DNA of 60,512 nt from Cyanophyceae cyanobacterium (GTDB lineage Bacteria; Cyanobacteriota; Cyanobacteriia; Cyanobacteriales; JBHJGN01), in the NCBI GenBank assembly GCA_050331735.1, contig JBHJGN010000041.1, positions 1 to 60,512 on the forward strand, in the 5' to 3' direction. Made by a program: the position numbers and the translations under genes. How positions within the stretch are numbered: the stretch's first letter is position 1; the number at the start of each line of letters is the position of its first letter. Below, in pieces: positions 50,935-60,512 of the stretch. The notes beneath the pieces were generated by a model. That model did not search any database, was not told the DNA's origin, and saw only the letters and a list, made by a program, of their open reading frames with translations.

Positions 50935-51678
50935 CTAGACTCGCAATTGTGCAGCCACCCAGTCTGCCGCCTCTAGGGGAATGAGATGTCCCACTCCCTC
51001 GGTCGCAATCAGCTTGGCATGAGGAAGAATCCCAAGCACCTCGCTGTGAATGGCATTGTAGGGAATCACCGGATCGTCTTTGGAGGCGATGACGGTAATC
51101 GGCATCTGAAGTTGCGGCATCTGCTCGGCAATAGAATGATTCATTCCTTCTCGGAGCCACCAGCGCCAAGCCGAATCGGCCACGATCGTGTGTGTTTTAA
51201 TCGCTAGCGTGTGCTGTTCGTCGCTCAAAGGCTTTTGGGTAGAGCTCTTGACGGTAGTTTCGGCGTTATCTTGGCTAGGATGGTTGTTGAGCAATCGCTC
51301 TTTCTCTTCGTCGGGCATGGGTTCCTGAGTCGGCGGCGACGGAGCAATGAGAACTACCTGTTGCGGAGGAGAATCGCCTGTCGCCACCTGCAAGGCAATT
51401 TTGCCTCCCATAGAATGCCCAATCAGGGTATAGTTCTCAATCCCGAGACGAGTCAATTCTTGAGAGACGGCGTGAGCATAGCCCTGGAGTGAAGGTTGCT
51501 CTGGCGCTGGAGTACCGCCAAAGCCTGGGAGGTTCAGTGCCACACAGCGATAGTTGGTGAGGTGTTGAGCGACCCACTGCCAGCTTTGGGCTGCCCCGCC
51601 GAAGTAGTGGAGAAACACTAAGGTTTTGTCGCCGCTGCCCCACTCTATGGTGGGCGAAGCATCTATTTTAGTAGACAT
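50935..51678 (-). CDS. Alpha/beta fold hydrolase
   Basis: FLHYFGG, LPGFG, GHSMGG, DPVIP, GHLIPLE. Confidence 0.92.
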   Translation of the reverse strand: MSTKIDASPTIEWGSGDKTLVFLHYFGGAAQSWQWVAQHLTNYRCVALNLPGFGGTPAPEQPSLQGYAHAVSQELTRLGIENYTLIGHSMGGKIALQVATGDSPPQQVVLIAPSPPTQEPMPDEEKERLLNNHPSQDNAETTVKSSTQKPLSDEQHTLAIKTHTIVADSAWRWWLREGMNHSIAEQMPQLQMPITVIASKDDPVIPYNAIHSEVLGILPHAKLIATEGVGHLIPLEAADWVAAQLRV

Positions 51679-51890
51679 TTGGTTCTTCGGTCGTGCGATC
51701 GCTATTCTACGTCATTACAGTAGCGATCGCTTCCATTACTACCGGTCATCGTTGACCACTTAGCATTCAGTGATCTACTCTGATTATTTTGTGATCAGAA
51801 GATTGCTCTCTTAAGAAGAGTGGGGAAAAGGATGGCAGAAGCGCTCAACAATCCTTTCCCCCTTACCCCTTTCCCGCAGCTTCGCTGCTC

Positions 51891-54824
51891 CTAGCTTCCC
51901 GGTAGCTGCTGCGGCTGCGCCGATTCTAGTTCAGGCTGCGTTACGCTAGCATTCATGGGAGTAAACCGACTCGGACTGACGCAGGGAGCGTTATCGAGAC
52001 CGTCTTTGAGCCTCGTAGCAAAGGACTCGAACATCTCTACGAGGGTTTGGCGATCGCTAATACAGCCTTGCAGCGCCACGAGTTGTTCCAGGGTCCAGTT
52101 ATAGAGCTGGGTATCTCCGCGCTCAATCCGCAGATATAGCTGAGTTTCAAACTGTCCTAAGCGAGCGTAGAAGTTCTCGACCTCTGCTTTAATCGACTGC
52201 ATATCGAGGTAGAATTGCTGCTTTTTGATGTCGGAGAGGATCGTCGTTTTCAGCGACTCGGTATAGTTGTTGTTGATTTCGTTGCTAACAATCGAGGAAA
52301 CATCGTTGCGGAAGTTAACAATCTTGTTGTCAAGATTGACATTAATCCGGTTATCCAGATCGCTCATCACATTATTAACAACCACCTGAACGCTGTTATC
52401 TGTGGATTGGGTAACCGCAGAATTGATCTGCCGCTCAACGTCGGAGCGCATCTGCTGGATAACCTGATTTCTGATATTCTGAGCCTGGTCAGCAATTTTG
52501 AGGCTAACAGCGGCATCGATGCGCTGGTCCATATCCGACTGCATCTGCTGCACCACCTGAGTGTTGATTTCCTGGGCCTGATTGTCAATTCTCAGATTCA
52601 CGACAGATTCAACGCGCTGGTCCATATCCGACTGCATCTGCTGCACCACCTGGTTCTTAATCTCCTGGGTTTGATTGGTAATTCTCAGGTTAACGGCAGC
52701 ATCGATGCGCTGGTCCATATCCGACTGTAGCTGCTGCACCACCTGATTTTTAATTGCCTGAGTTTGGTTCTCCACCCGGATATTAACCTGTTCATCAACC
52801 ATAGTAGTGAGGCGAGTCTCTACCAACTCGTTCAGGCGCTGATCGAAGTAGCCAGACCACGCCTGGAAGTTTTGGTTAAAGCTGACCTCCATCTGCTGCG
52901 TCACGGTTTTGAGCATAAACTCTAGCCGCGCCACCTGCATAGCCAGACTTTTAGCTTGGGATTGATAGCCTTTGAGCAGCCATTTTTCCAGATTATCCCA
53001 GTAGTACGCTTCTTTCTTCTCGTCTTGCTCGTCCGCTACCGATACCGAAGTTTCAATCTTCGCCGCCATCTGCTGCCACATTTGCTCCATCTGCGCTTCG
53101 TCGAAGCGAAAGCTGAAACCTCCGGCAACCCCGGTGGGTAGGTTCCCCCCGTTCGTGGCAACAGCCACATTACTCTGAGCGGTACTGGAAGTCGTACTTA
53201 TACTATCGGTAGTGCTAGACCGGGCTGATACGCTCACTTTCTGCCGGTATTCAGCGAGTTCCGTCTCGCTGACCGACTCGACGGCTAAAACGATTTGTCC
53301 TTCATTGTCGTCCTTGAAGGTATCAAAGAAGAATCCCGCCAGCGTCGTTTTTTCCTTAACTTCAACAATAATCTCGTCCTGCAAACCATTCAACGAGCAC
53401 CACGTTTCTGCTACTTCAATTCCGGTTAATTTGGGAATGAATTTACCTGATTTGACCAACAGTAGCGCCCAAGGCTCTAGCTGGAACTTCTGCTCGCCAG
53501 ACCAGTACTTCGCATTACCCTCGCGGATTTTGATGCGGTAGTTTCCGGGTTCTAGCTCAATAATGTTCGTTCCCCACTGCTTGAGGCTGGCTAGATAATT
53601 CTCGTCGAGGACATAGCAGTTTTGCTGGCTATCGACGGTTAGCTCTTGCGGGGCAAATTCTTCGCGATCGCTCGTAATTTTCAGCGTCACCGTACCGCGG
53701 CGATCGCGGTTGTTTACGTCGAAAAACAACGCACACAACACCGCCTTATCTTTCACCTCTAGCCGGAGTTGATCGCTGGTGCCGTTAAGCGTTGACCAGG
53801 TAGCGCCTGTTTCAAATCCGGTCGTCAGATTGACAAACGTACTGCCGTTCAACCCATACATCCACAGTAAAACCGATGGCTCTCCTGCGGCATCTTTGGT
53901 GTAGCTGTAGCGACCACGAGTAATCTGAACTTCATACGTCCCGCGCTCAAGCTCAATTGTGGTAGCAACGTTCTGTTGCAGGTCGTTCATGCGGTCGGAA
54001 TCGATGATGTAGCAGTTGTTTTGGGTATCAATTGTTAGTAGTTTCATCGCGTTCTTCACTGTTTCAGGGGTGTTTGACTTAGCGCTTGAAGATGCCGAAG
54101 TATCTTCTGATTGAGCTTCTCGCGTCGCTATTTCGTCGCTGTGACTGCGGCAAATGACTGTTTCTAGAACCGCACCGAAACCTTGAATCGTGTCCTGCTG
54201 GGTAAAGGCTTCTCCCCCTGTTTCAGCAGCAACTCTGGCGTACTCGGCGGCAATGTTGGCTTGGTGTTTACTTTTGGAGGTTCCAAAATAGGTGTGAACG
54301 ATAACGCCTGCTGCTTTGGCCTTTTCAATCGCCAAATTAGCGGCTTGGATATCCTGTTTATTGACTTTCCCTCCCCCGGCTTCGAGGGCTTCATCGCCGA
54401 GGTAAAAGATTGCTCTAGCGGCATCTTTACGCCAGTCAAAGTAAGTAGCAATATCTTCAATAGCTCGGGCGGCGTCTTCTTGCGCCCCTGCGGACTTGAG
54501 CGTACCTCGCTTTCTGCTCCGCAGAGCAGATTCAGCTACTTTGTTTTGAGTCAAATAAGTCCTGACCGTTTGAGTGAACTTGGTGCCTTTCCAGGTTCCT
54601 TCGATACCGAGCCAAGCGACTCGTAAATTTGACGGGCAGCTCGATTTCGCTTGCTCGATTGCCGCTTCTGCTGCTGTACTTAAAGCTTGCGCTTCATCTT
54701 TCATAGAAGGGCTGGTATCAATGATGATCGCTAAATCGACGCTGGGAATAGTGTGTATCTGATTGCTCATTGGTCGTTTTCTTCGTCGAAACAGAGAAAA
54801 TAAAGGATTAGTTCGAGAAAACAT
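51891..54824 (-). CDS. vWA-domain protein with two tandem beta-rich domains and a Gln-rich helical repeat tail
   Basis: MIDAS motif IIIDTSPSM, FYLGDE, VAAETGG; duplicated domain (TIDTQNNCYII..LERGTY / TVDSQQNCYVL..LEPGNY); 31-aa repeats. Alternative start 54770. Confidence 0.8.
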   Translation of the reverse strand: MFSRTNPLFSLFRRRKRPMSNQIHTIPSVDLAIIIDTSPSMKDEAQALSTAAEAAIEQAKSSCPSNLRVAWLGIEGTWKGTKFTQTVRTYLTQNKVAESALRSRKRGTLKSAGAQEDAARAIEDIATYFDWRKDAARAIFYLGDEALEAGGGKVNKQDIQAANLAIEKAKAAGVIVHTYFGTSKSKHQANIAAEYARVAAETGGEAFTQQDTIQGFGAVLETVICRSHSDEIATREAQSEDTSASSSAKSNTPETVKNAMKLLTIDTQNNCYIIDSDRMNDLQQNVATTIELERGTYEVQITRGRYSYTKDAAGEPSVLLWMYGLNGSTFVNLTTGFETGATWSTLNGTSDQLRLEVKDKAVLCALFFDVNNRDRRGTVTLKITSDREEFAPQELTVDSQQNCYVLDENYLASLKQWGTNIIELEPGNYRIKIREGNAKYWSGEQKFQLEPWALLLVKSGKFIPKLTGIEVAETWCSLNGLQDEIIVEVKEKTTLAGFFFDTFKDDNEGQIVLAVESVSETELAEYRQKVSVSARSSTTDSISTTSSTAQSNVAVATNGGNLPTGVAGGFSFRFDEAQMEQMWQQMAAKIETSVSVADEQDEKKEAYYWDNLEKWLLKGYQSQAKSLAMQVARLEFMLKTVTQQMEVSFNQNFQAWSGYFDQRLNELVETRLTTMVDEQVNIRVENQTQAIKNQVVQQLQSDMDQRIDAAVNLRITNQTQEIKNQVVQQMQSDMDQRVESVVNLRIDNQAQEINTQVVQQMQSDMDQRIDAAVSLKIADQAQNIRNQVIQQMRSDVERQINSAVTQSTDNSVQVVVNNVMSDLDNRINVNLDNKIVNFRNDVSSIVSNEINNNYTESLKTTILSDIKKQQFYLDMQSIKAEVENFYARLGQFETQLYLRIERGDTQLYNWTLEQLVALQGCISDRQTLVEMFESFATRLKDGLDNAPCVSPSRFTPMNASVTQPELESAQPQQLPGS
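52420..52790 (-). repeat. Intragenic tandem repeat, four units of 93 bp (31 aa)
   Basis: GCGCTGGTCCATATCCGACTG recurs at 52521, 52614 and 52707; a fourth unit is degenerate. Confidence 0.9.
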
Positions 54825-55680
54825 AGCTAAATACCGGGCAGAAGAGTTGATTCAAAAAACTCTCGATTGCGATCAAATTTGAATGGCTAACAGCAATCGC
54901 TCCTAAATCAAGCATCCGTTCTTAACGCTGCTGTTGCTTCCTAACAGTGCCATTGCCACTAAGCCACCGCCAAAATGGCTTGATTGCTGCGGCGTTTAGT
55001 CTTCGTCGAGCACGAAATTATTTATTAAATTGAGTCATGCAAAAAGTAATAACACCATTCACCTACAAAATCAATTGTTGATCCGAAAAAATGCAATTTT
55101 TATTAAAGTAATAAAAGTGAAAAGCTTTCTTTCAAGCTTGGCAGAAGCTGCTTTAGCTAAGCATTTCTTTTTTAAGCCAAGATAGTTGCCTCGATCGAAA
55201 ACGCCTACTAAGCTTATTTAGGTATTATTCTTTCAAACGGCGCATAAACGCTAATTATTCATAGAAATTCTGTTTTTAAAGAGAATAAGCAGATTAATAT
55301 GTATTTTTATATACTTTATTTTGTTGGGCCAACAAACCCGTCATTACTACTTTTATTAATTTTCCTACGTTTTACACCTAAGTAAAACTAATATGGAAAA
55401 ATAACGCTTTTTCAGATAGTGCAAAGGTTAAAAATAAAGAGCAGCAAAAAGACAATAATAAGCTTCTCTTCTCGAAGTAACTTAGCGATCGCTCTCTTTT
55501 TAGCCCGTGAAGCTTGTTGACTGTACTCAAGAGTCTAACTACAGTCGTTAAAAAAGAGTAAAAGTCATAAAAGTAGGAAAAGCAAGAAAAAAATTTCAGC
55601 AAGAAAAAGCCCTGTGACATCAAGATAAGATCAATAGCTATAACGCTGATGTCACAATTTTTTGAAATATTTTTTTACAT

Positions 55681-57069
55681 ATGAATGTTGATGAAGTTTT
55701 GCAAACTATCGAAAAGCGTTTATTGTCTCGACAGCTTAGCGCCGTTGAACGATTAATTATTAGTCAGTCTTGGTTAGGGAAGAAGTACAGTGAAATAGCT
55801 GAAAACACGGCCTATGGAGGCGATTACCTTAAAGAGGTTGGTTCTCAGCTATGGCAGGCTCTTTCTGAAGCAACCGGAGAAAAAGTAACCAAAAAAAACT
55901 TAAGCTTGATTTTAGATCTCAATCAAGCTAGTCATAGTTCCAAACCAAAGGAACAACAGTGGGGAAAACAATTTGTATCTATCGATACGCCTCCCAGTTT
56001 TCCGGGTGGTCCTTTGCCGATTGATTCTCCCTTATATATCAATCGTCCTCCCGTTGAAGAGCTTATTGATGAGGAACTGAGAAAACCAGGATGCATGATT
56101 CGCGTGAAAGCGCCGCAAAAATCTGGTAAAAGTTCGCTTCTTAATCGCATCTTATTCCACGCTGACAGTCTTGATTACCGCAGCGTTTGCCTAGATTTGC
56201 AGGAAGCTGATAAAGCGGTATTTGCCTCTTTGAACCAGTTCTTGCGCTGGTTTTGTAGCAATATCAATCGCCTGCTCGATCTCGAACTAGTGCTAGATGA
56301 TTACTGGGATGAGGAAATGGGCAGCAAGGTTAGCTGTCGGCTCTATTTTGAACAGTTACTTGCCCAAATTAAGTCTCCTGTCATTCTGACAATTAATGAA
56401 GTGCATCGGATATTTGAGCATCCCTACATTGCTAGCGACTTTCTGCCCATGTTGCGGTTTTGGCACGAAGTAGCTCAACACCACACCCTATGGCGCAAAC
56501 TGCGGTTGGTCATTATTTACACAACAGAAATCTATATTCCGCTGCGAATTCACCAATCTCCATTCAACGTCGGGCTATCGATACATCTGCCTCCGTTCAC
56601 GGCCCCGCAGGTGCAGGAACTAGCCACTCGCTACGGACTAATCTGGCAGAACCCGCAGACGCAACAGTTGATGGCGATGGTGGGGGGTCATCCTTATCTT
56701 GTTAATATTGCCTTTTATTACTTGGCTTATCAAAATATGTCTCTAGAGCAGCTATTACAGGAAGCTCCCACTCTTTCCGGGGTGTACAGCCACTATTTAC
56801 AGGAGCATTTGCTGATGCTTCAAGAAGAACCACAGCTCGCCGATACCCTGCAAGCAGTCACGACAGACAAAAGCCTAGAAATAGATGCGATCGCCGCCTA
56901 CAAATTAGAAAGCCTTGGTTTAGTCCAGCTCAACGGCAATCGAGCCGAACCAAGCTGTGAAATGTATCGCCTGTATTTTCGCCAGCAGCTCAGGCCAAGG
57001 GAAGCGCCAAAGGCGCGGGAAAAGGAAAGTTGCTCGGCAACGGGAAAAGAACACAGAATTAAGGAATAA
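55681..57069 (+). CDS. N-terminal HTH plus AAA_35 (STAND-like) NTPase
   Basis: SWLGKKYSEIA..GSQLWQALSEATGEKVTKKN; YINRPPVE; Walker A APQKSGKSS; degenerate Walker B INEVH; HQSPFNVG; MVGGHPYL. Confidence 0.85.
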   Translation: MNVDEVLQTIEKRLLSRQLSAVERLIISQSWLGKKYSEIAENTAYGGDYLKEVGSQLWQALSEATGEKVTKKNLSLILDLNQASHSSKPKEQQWGKQFVSIDTPPSFPGGPLPIDSPLYINRPPVEELIDEELRKPGCMIRVKAPQKSGKSSLLNRILFHADSLDYRSVCLDLQEADKAVFASLNQFLRWFCSNINRLLDLELVLDDYWDEEMGSKVSCRLYFEQLLAQIKSPVILTINEVHRIFEHPYIASDFLPMLRFWHEVAQHHTLWRKLRLVIIYTTEIYIPLRIHQSPFNVGLSIHLPPFTAPQVQELATRYGLIWQNPQTQQLMAMVGGHPYLVNIAFYYLAYQNMSLEQLLQEAPTLSGVYSHYLQEHLLMLQEEPQLADTLQAVTTDKSLEIDAIAAYKLESLGLVQLNGNRAEPSCEMYRLYFRQQLRPREAPKAREKESCSATGKEHRIKE

Positions 57070-57130
57070 GCTGACTAACCCCCCTTTTCCCTTTCCCCCT
57101 TGCCCCTTCCCCGTCGCGGAGCGACTTGTG

Positions 57131-59827
57131 ATGTCTCGTTATCAAGTCGGCGGTAGCCTTGCCAGCAACGCCCCTTGCTACGTTGTCAGAAAAGCCGATA
57201 CTGAACTGTACCAAGCTCTTCAGCAAGGAGAGTTTTGCGTCGTCCTCAACTCGCGCCAGGTGGGTAAATCGTCCTTGCTGGTAAGAACAAAGCATCGCCT
57301 CGAACAAGCCGGATATTGCTGTTGGGCTATCGACTTCACCAACATCGGCAGCGAGCATATTACCCCGCTCCAGTGGTACAAGGGCATTGTCGCTGAGCTG
57401 TGGTCGGGGTTTGGGCTAACTGGCATCAACCTCAAGTCGTGGTGGCAAGAGCAGGAGCTGTCCTATGTGCAGAGGTTGAGTCAGTTTATTGAGTTACTGC
57501 TCGCTCAGTTTCCTACCCAAAATCTAATCATTTTTATCGATGAAGTAGACAGCATTCTCAGCCTTGACTTTCCGGTAGACGATTTTTTTGCCTTCCTGCG
57601 TTTCTGCTACAGCCAGCGATCGCTCAATCCCGTTTATCGAAGAATTACGTTTGCCATTTTTGGGGTGGCCACCCCTGCTAATCTCATTCGGGACAAACGC
57701 CGTACGCCTTTTAATATCGGTCGGGCGATCGCCTTGGAGGGCTTTCAACTCGATGAAGTAGAACCTCTGCTAGCGGGGTTAACGCTAGTGCCAGGCAACC
57801 CACGCACCGTTATCCAAGAAATTCTTCGCTGGACAGGGGGACAGCCGTTTCTCACGCAAAAGCTGTGTCAGCTTGTTGTATCTAGCCAAGACGCTATCAG
57901 CGGTAAGCTGACTCTTCTCCCTAAGACCGAAGCTTTATGGGTCGAACATATTGTCAGAACCGGCATCCTGGAAAACTGGGAATTTCAAGACGAACCCGAA
58001 CACCTGCGCACGATCCGCGATCGCCTGCTCTACAGCGAGGACCGCGCCGGAAGACTCCTTGGTATTTATCAACGGCTGCTCTCCGCCGCATCCTCTTCAG
58101 TAGCCGATGAAAGTCGAGATCGCCTAGAGTTACTGCTCTCGGGTCTAGTCGTTGAGCGGCAAGGGCAGTTGATGATCAAAAACCCGATCTATCGAGCGAT
58201 CTTTAATGCTGAATGGGTGGCTATCCAACTGGAGAAGCTGCGACCTTACGCGAGCAATATTGACGCTTGGCTGGCTTCCGGCCAGGAGACTCACTTGCTG
58301 CGGGGGCTGGCTCTGCAACAAGCCCTCGCCTGGGCGAAAACCAAGCAGCTAGCAGATGCAGACTACCGCTTTTTGGGGGCCAGTCAGGAACGGGCGCGGC
58401 AACAGGCCGAACACAGTTTGGCGATCGCCGAAGGGGAACGGGAACAGGCGGTATTTGCGCTCCAGGCGGCTCGACAGGCTCACGTTTTGCTAGCGCAGGC
58501 GCGTCAGCGAGCCAAACGAGTCAAGGCTCGTCTGCACCCGGTATGGAACATCGCAATGGCGATCGCCGCAAGCTGTATTATTGCACTGCTGCGCTGGCTC
58601 GGCTGGCTTCAGGGAGCTGAACTCGCTATGCTGGACACCTTTTTTCGACAGCGTTCTCCGGCTCCAGTCACTCCCCGGATTACGCTAATTACTATTGATG
58701 AGACGGATATTCGCAGAACTGGACAACCTCTCTCCGATCGGATATTGGCTCAAGCTCTCCGTCAGCTTAAGCAATATGAACCGCGAGCCATTGGACTGAA
58801 TCTATATCGAGATTTGCCAGTACAGCCCGGTCATGCCGAGTTAGTCCAGGTGTTGCAATCTACACCTCATTTAGTGGGCATCGAAAAGCGAGTCGGTACT
58901 AAAATTGTCCCCCCACCATCAGCGCCCCAGGTGGGCTTTGCCGATCTGCTGCTCGACCCAGATGGAACCGTGCGTCGCGCCCTCCTCTCGGTGCGCACTC
59001 CAGCAAACGAGCTGCGCTACAGCTTTGCCCTCCAGCTCGCCCTAGAGCATTTAGCAGCAGAAGGAATTACGCCGCAGCCCCGCAACGACCAGATCCGCTT
59101 GGGCAAAGCAGAGCTAAGTCCGCTACAGGCAAACGACGGCGGCTACGTCCGTGCCGACACAGGCGGCTACCAAGTGTTGCTCAACTATCGCGGCACCATC
59201 GAGCAGTTTCAGTCCTTTTCCCTCACGGAATTATTAGCGAACCAAATTCCCCCTTCCGCGCTGCGCGATCACACCGTTTTAATTGGGGCCACCACCGCCA
59301 CCCTCAGCAGCAAGTTGCCAACTCCTTTTGGCAGCCGAACAAACCGCGCTGCCCCCGTCATCATTCATGCCAATATTCTCAGTCAGCTTCTCAGTGCCGC
59401 TTTGGATGGCAGACCGTTGCTGAGACCGCAGCCCAAGCATCAGGAATGGCTGTGGATAACGCTATGGATTGCCCTAGGAGCGCTGTTGAGCTGGCGATGG
59501 CGCTCGTTGGTTTTAAAAGCCATAGCTGCGCTCGCCGTCTTAGCAGCCTTAGTTTTCTTTGCCTATCTCGCTTTTTTGCAGGGATGGTGGCTACCGCTGG
59601 TTCCTCCAGCGCTCGGCATTGTTGTCGCCGCCACCGCTATCCATCTCCTCGAGCAGAAACGGTTAGCCAAAGAGCAACTACGGCAAACGATCGCCGCCCT
59701 GTGGGCGATCGCCCACAGCCAGCCTGCGGTAGCACAAATTGCCCTCGAATATTTAAAGCAAAGCGAGCCAGAGAACCGGGCGTTCATTGAAGCGATCGCG
59801 AGAAATTACCCTGATACTGTTTCTTGA
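57131..59827 (+). CDS. AAA_35 NTPase with a TM segment, CHASE2 sensor domain and three C-terminal TM segments; no output domain
   Basis: YQVGGSL, YVVRKAD, NSRQVGKSS, FIDEVDS, RTPFNIG, WTGGQPFLTQK; CHASE2 motifs ITLITIDETD, AIGLNLYRD, DPDGTVRR, GGY. True start is likely ATG 57131. Confidence 0.88.
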   Translation: MSRYQVGGSLASNAPCYVVRKADTELYQALQQGEFCVVLNSRQVGKSSLLVRTKHRLEQAGYCCWAIDFTNIGSEHITPLQWYKGIVAELWSGFGLTGINLKSWWQEQELSYVQRLSQFIELLLAQFPTQNLIIFIDEVDSILSLDFPVDDFFAFLRFCYSQRSLNPVYRRITFAIFGVATPANLIRDKRRTPFNIGRAIALEGFQLDEVEPLLAGLTLVPGNPRTVIQEILRWTGGQPFLTQKLCQLVVSSQDAISGKLTLLPKTEALWVEHIVRTGILENWEFQDEPEHLRTIRDRLLYSEDRAGRLLGIYQRLLSAASSSVADESRDRLELLLSGLVVERQGQLMIKNPIYRAIFNAEWVAIQLEKLRPYASNIDAWLASGQETHLLRGLALQQALAWAKTKQLADADYRFLGASQERARQQAEHSLAIAEGEREQAVFALQAARQAHVLLAQARQRAKRVKARLHPVWNIAMAIAASCIIALLRWLGWLQGAELAMLDTFFRQRSPAPVTPRITLITIDETDIRRTGQPLSDRILAQALRQLKQYEPRAIGLNLYRDLPVQPGHAELVQVLQSTPHLVGIEKRVGTKIVPPPSAPQVGFADLLLDPDGTVRRALLSVRTPANELRYSFALQLALEHLAAEGITPQPRNDQIRLGKAELSPLQANDGGYVRADTGGYQVLLNYRGTIEQFQSFSLTELLANQIPPSALRDHTVLIGATTATLSSKLPTPFGSRTNRAAPVIIHANILSQLLSAALDGRPLLRPQPKHQEWLWITLWIALGALLSWRWRSLVLKAIAALAVLAALVFFAYLAFLQGWWLPLVPPALGIVVAATAIHLLEQKRLAKEQLRQTIAALWAIAHSQPAVAQIALEYLKQSEPENRAFIEAIARNYPDTVS

Positions 59828-60013
59828 CAGTAATGCTAGAAGAGCAAAAAACCCTAAAATACCTTTCCCCCTTTCCCTGACTACGCCGTTGAATAATTCC
59901 TCCCTGGTTCCTTTCCCCATCTACCCACTTCTGGAACAGCTATTCAAGGAGATCGTTGATCACCTTTAGGCTCATTGCTTCAAAATTTCCGTAATTTCTC
60001 CTTGCCGACGGGA

Positions 60014-60168
60014 TAATACCAATTAGAAAAAGTCATGAGAGACTTGAGCCGTTGGGGAAAAGGGGAAAGGGTCAGGGGGAAAGGTAAACACAGCAAGCCT
60101 TTCCCTTTTAAGAGCCAACTCTTTGTTAGTGAGGAGAACTATCTCACTACTTTCGGTCAATGGGATAA
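60014..60168. mobile_element. MITE-like element, family A, copy 3 (155 bp)
   Basis: TAATACCAATTAGAAAAAGTCATGAGAGACTTGA is identical to the start of copy 1; ends GAACTATCTCACTACTTTCGGTCAATGGGATAA. Confidence 0.72.
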
Positions 60169-60389
60169 CACCTGAAACGGCTGATCTTGTCGGCTCATTA
60201 ACTGATACATTTCTCTGCGGGTATCGGCAACCGCATTGGCCAGGTTAGACTGGGATTAGCCTGAACCGTTGCGAAGGAAGACATGAGTTGATACAGGCGG
60301 TCTCGGTCGCGCTGGGATTCTGCGGTACGCTCTGAAAGTGCTGCGATCGCCTTGGCCTTTGAGTTGATGCGGCTGGTTGACTGACAAAA

Positions 60390-60512
60390 CTAAGAAGCTG
60401 GAATACGTCTGAGGACAGTAAATTCACGCAGGAAGACGCGCTCGTGTTGTCGTTGGGAAGCCATAGCAGGTTGAGGGTCAGGCAGACTTGGTAGAAATAG
60501 CTGAACTTGGAT
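60390..60512 (-). CDS. Possible 3' end of a gene entering from the right edge
   Basis: Open frame IQVQLFLPSLPDPQPAMASQRQHERVFLREFTVLRRIPAS-stop; product not identifiable. Confidence 0.35.
   Translation of the reverse strand: MQVQLFLPSLPDPQPAMASQRQHERVFLREFTVLRRIPAS

Noticed and set aside
52420..52790. Repeats as GvpC or CRISPR
   Set aside because: In-frame 31-aa coding repeats with no resemblance to GvpC 33-mers; no gvp genes or spacers.
56957..57130. N-terminal extension of the CHASE2 ORF
   Set aside because: It overlaps the upstream gene and translates a C-rich repeat; family-like sequence begins at MSRYQVGGSL (57131).

Overview
Cyanobacterial chromosomal segment, identified by the psbD 5' end, ycf4 and frequent HIP1 GCGATCGC octamers. 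It mixes core genes (ycf4, cyclophilin, FabF-like synthase, mraY, nurA, tocopherol methyltransferase and phytyltransferase, panD, gltS, purS, purQ) with accessory modules. Main observations: (1) An integrase-less integron remnant lies between the two tocopherol genes, with an attI-like site and upstream direct repeats, one complete DUF4440 cassette closed by a well-formed attC, and a second cassette ending at a HIP1 site. (2) A vWA/beta-domain/31-aa-repeat protein is divergent from a tandem HTH-AAA_35 plus AAA_35-CHASE2 pair that has no catalytic output domain. (3) A Sia-like partner-switching cluster has two sensor phosphatases and is flanked by a class I GATase-like gene and an MscS-family gene. 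(4) A biuret hydrolase cluster sits behind a canonical NtcA-type promoter. (5) Two families of short MITE-like repeats are present. All family assignments come from motif recognition by eye; no database searches were run.
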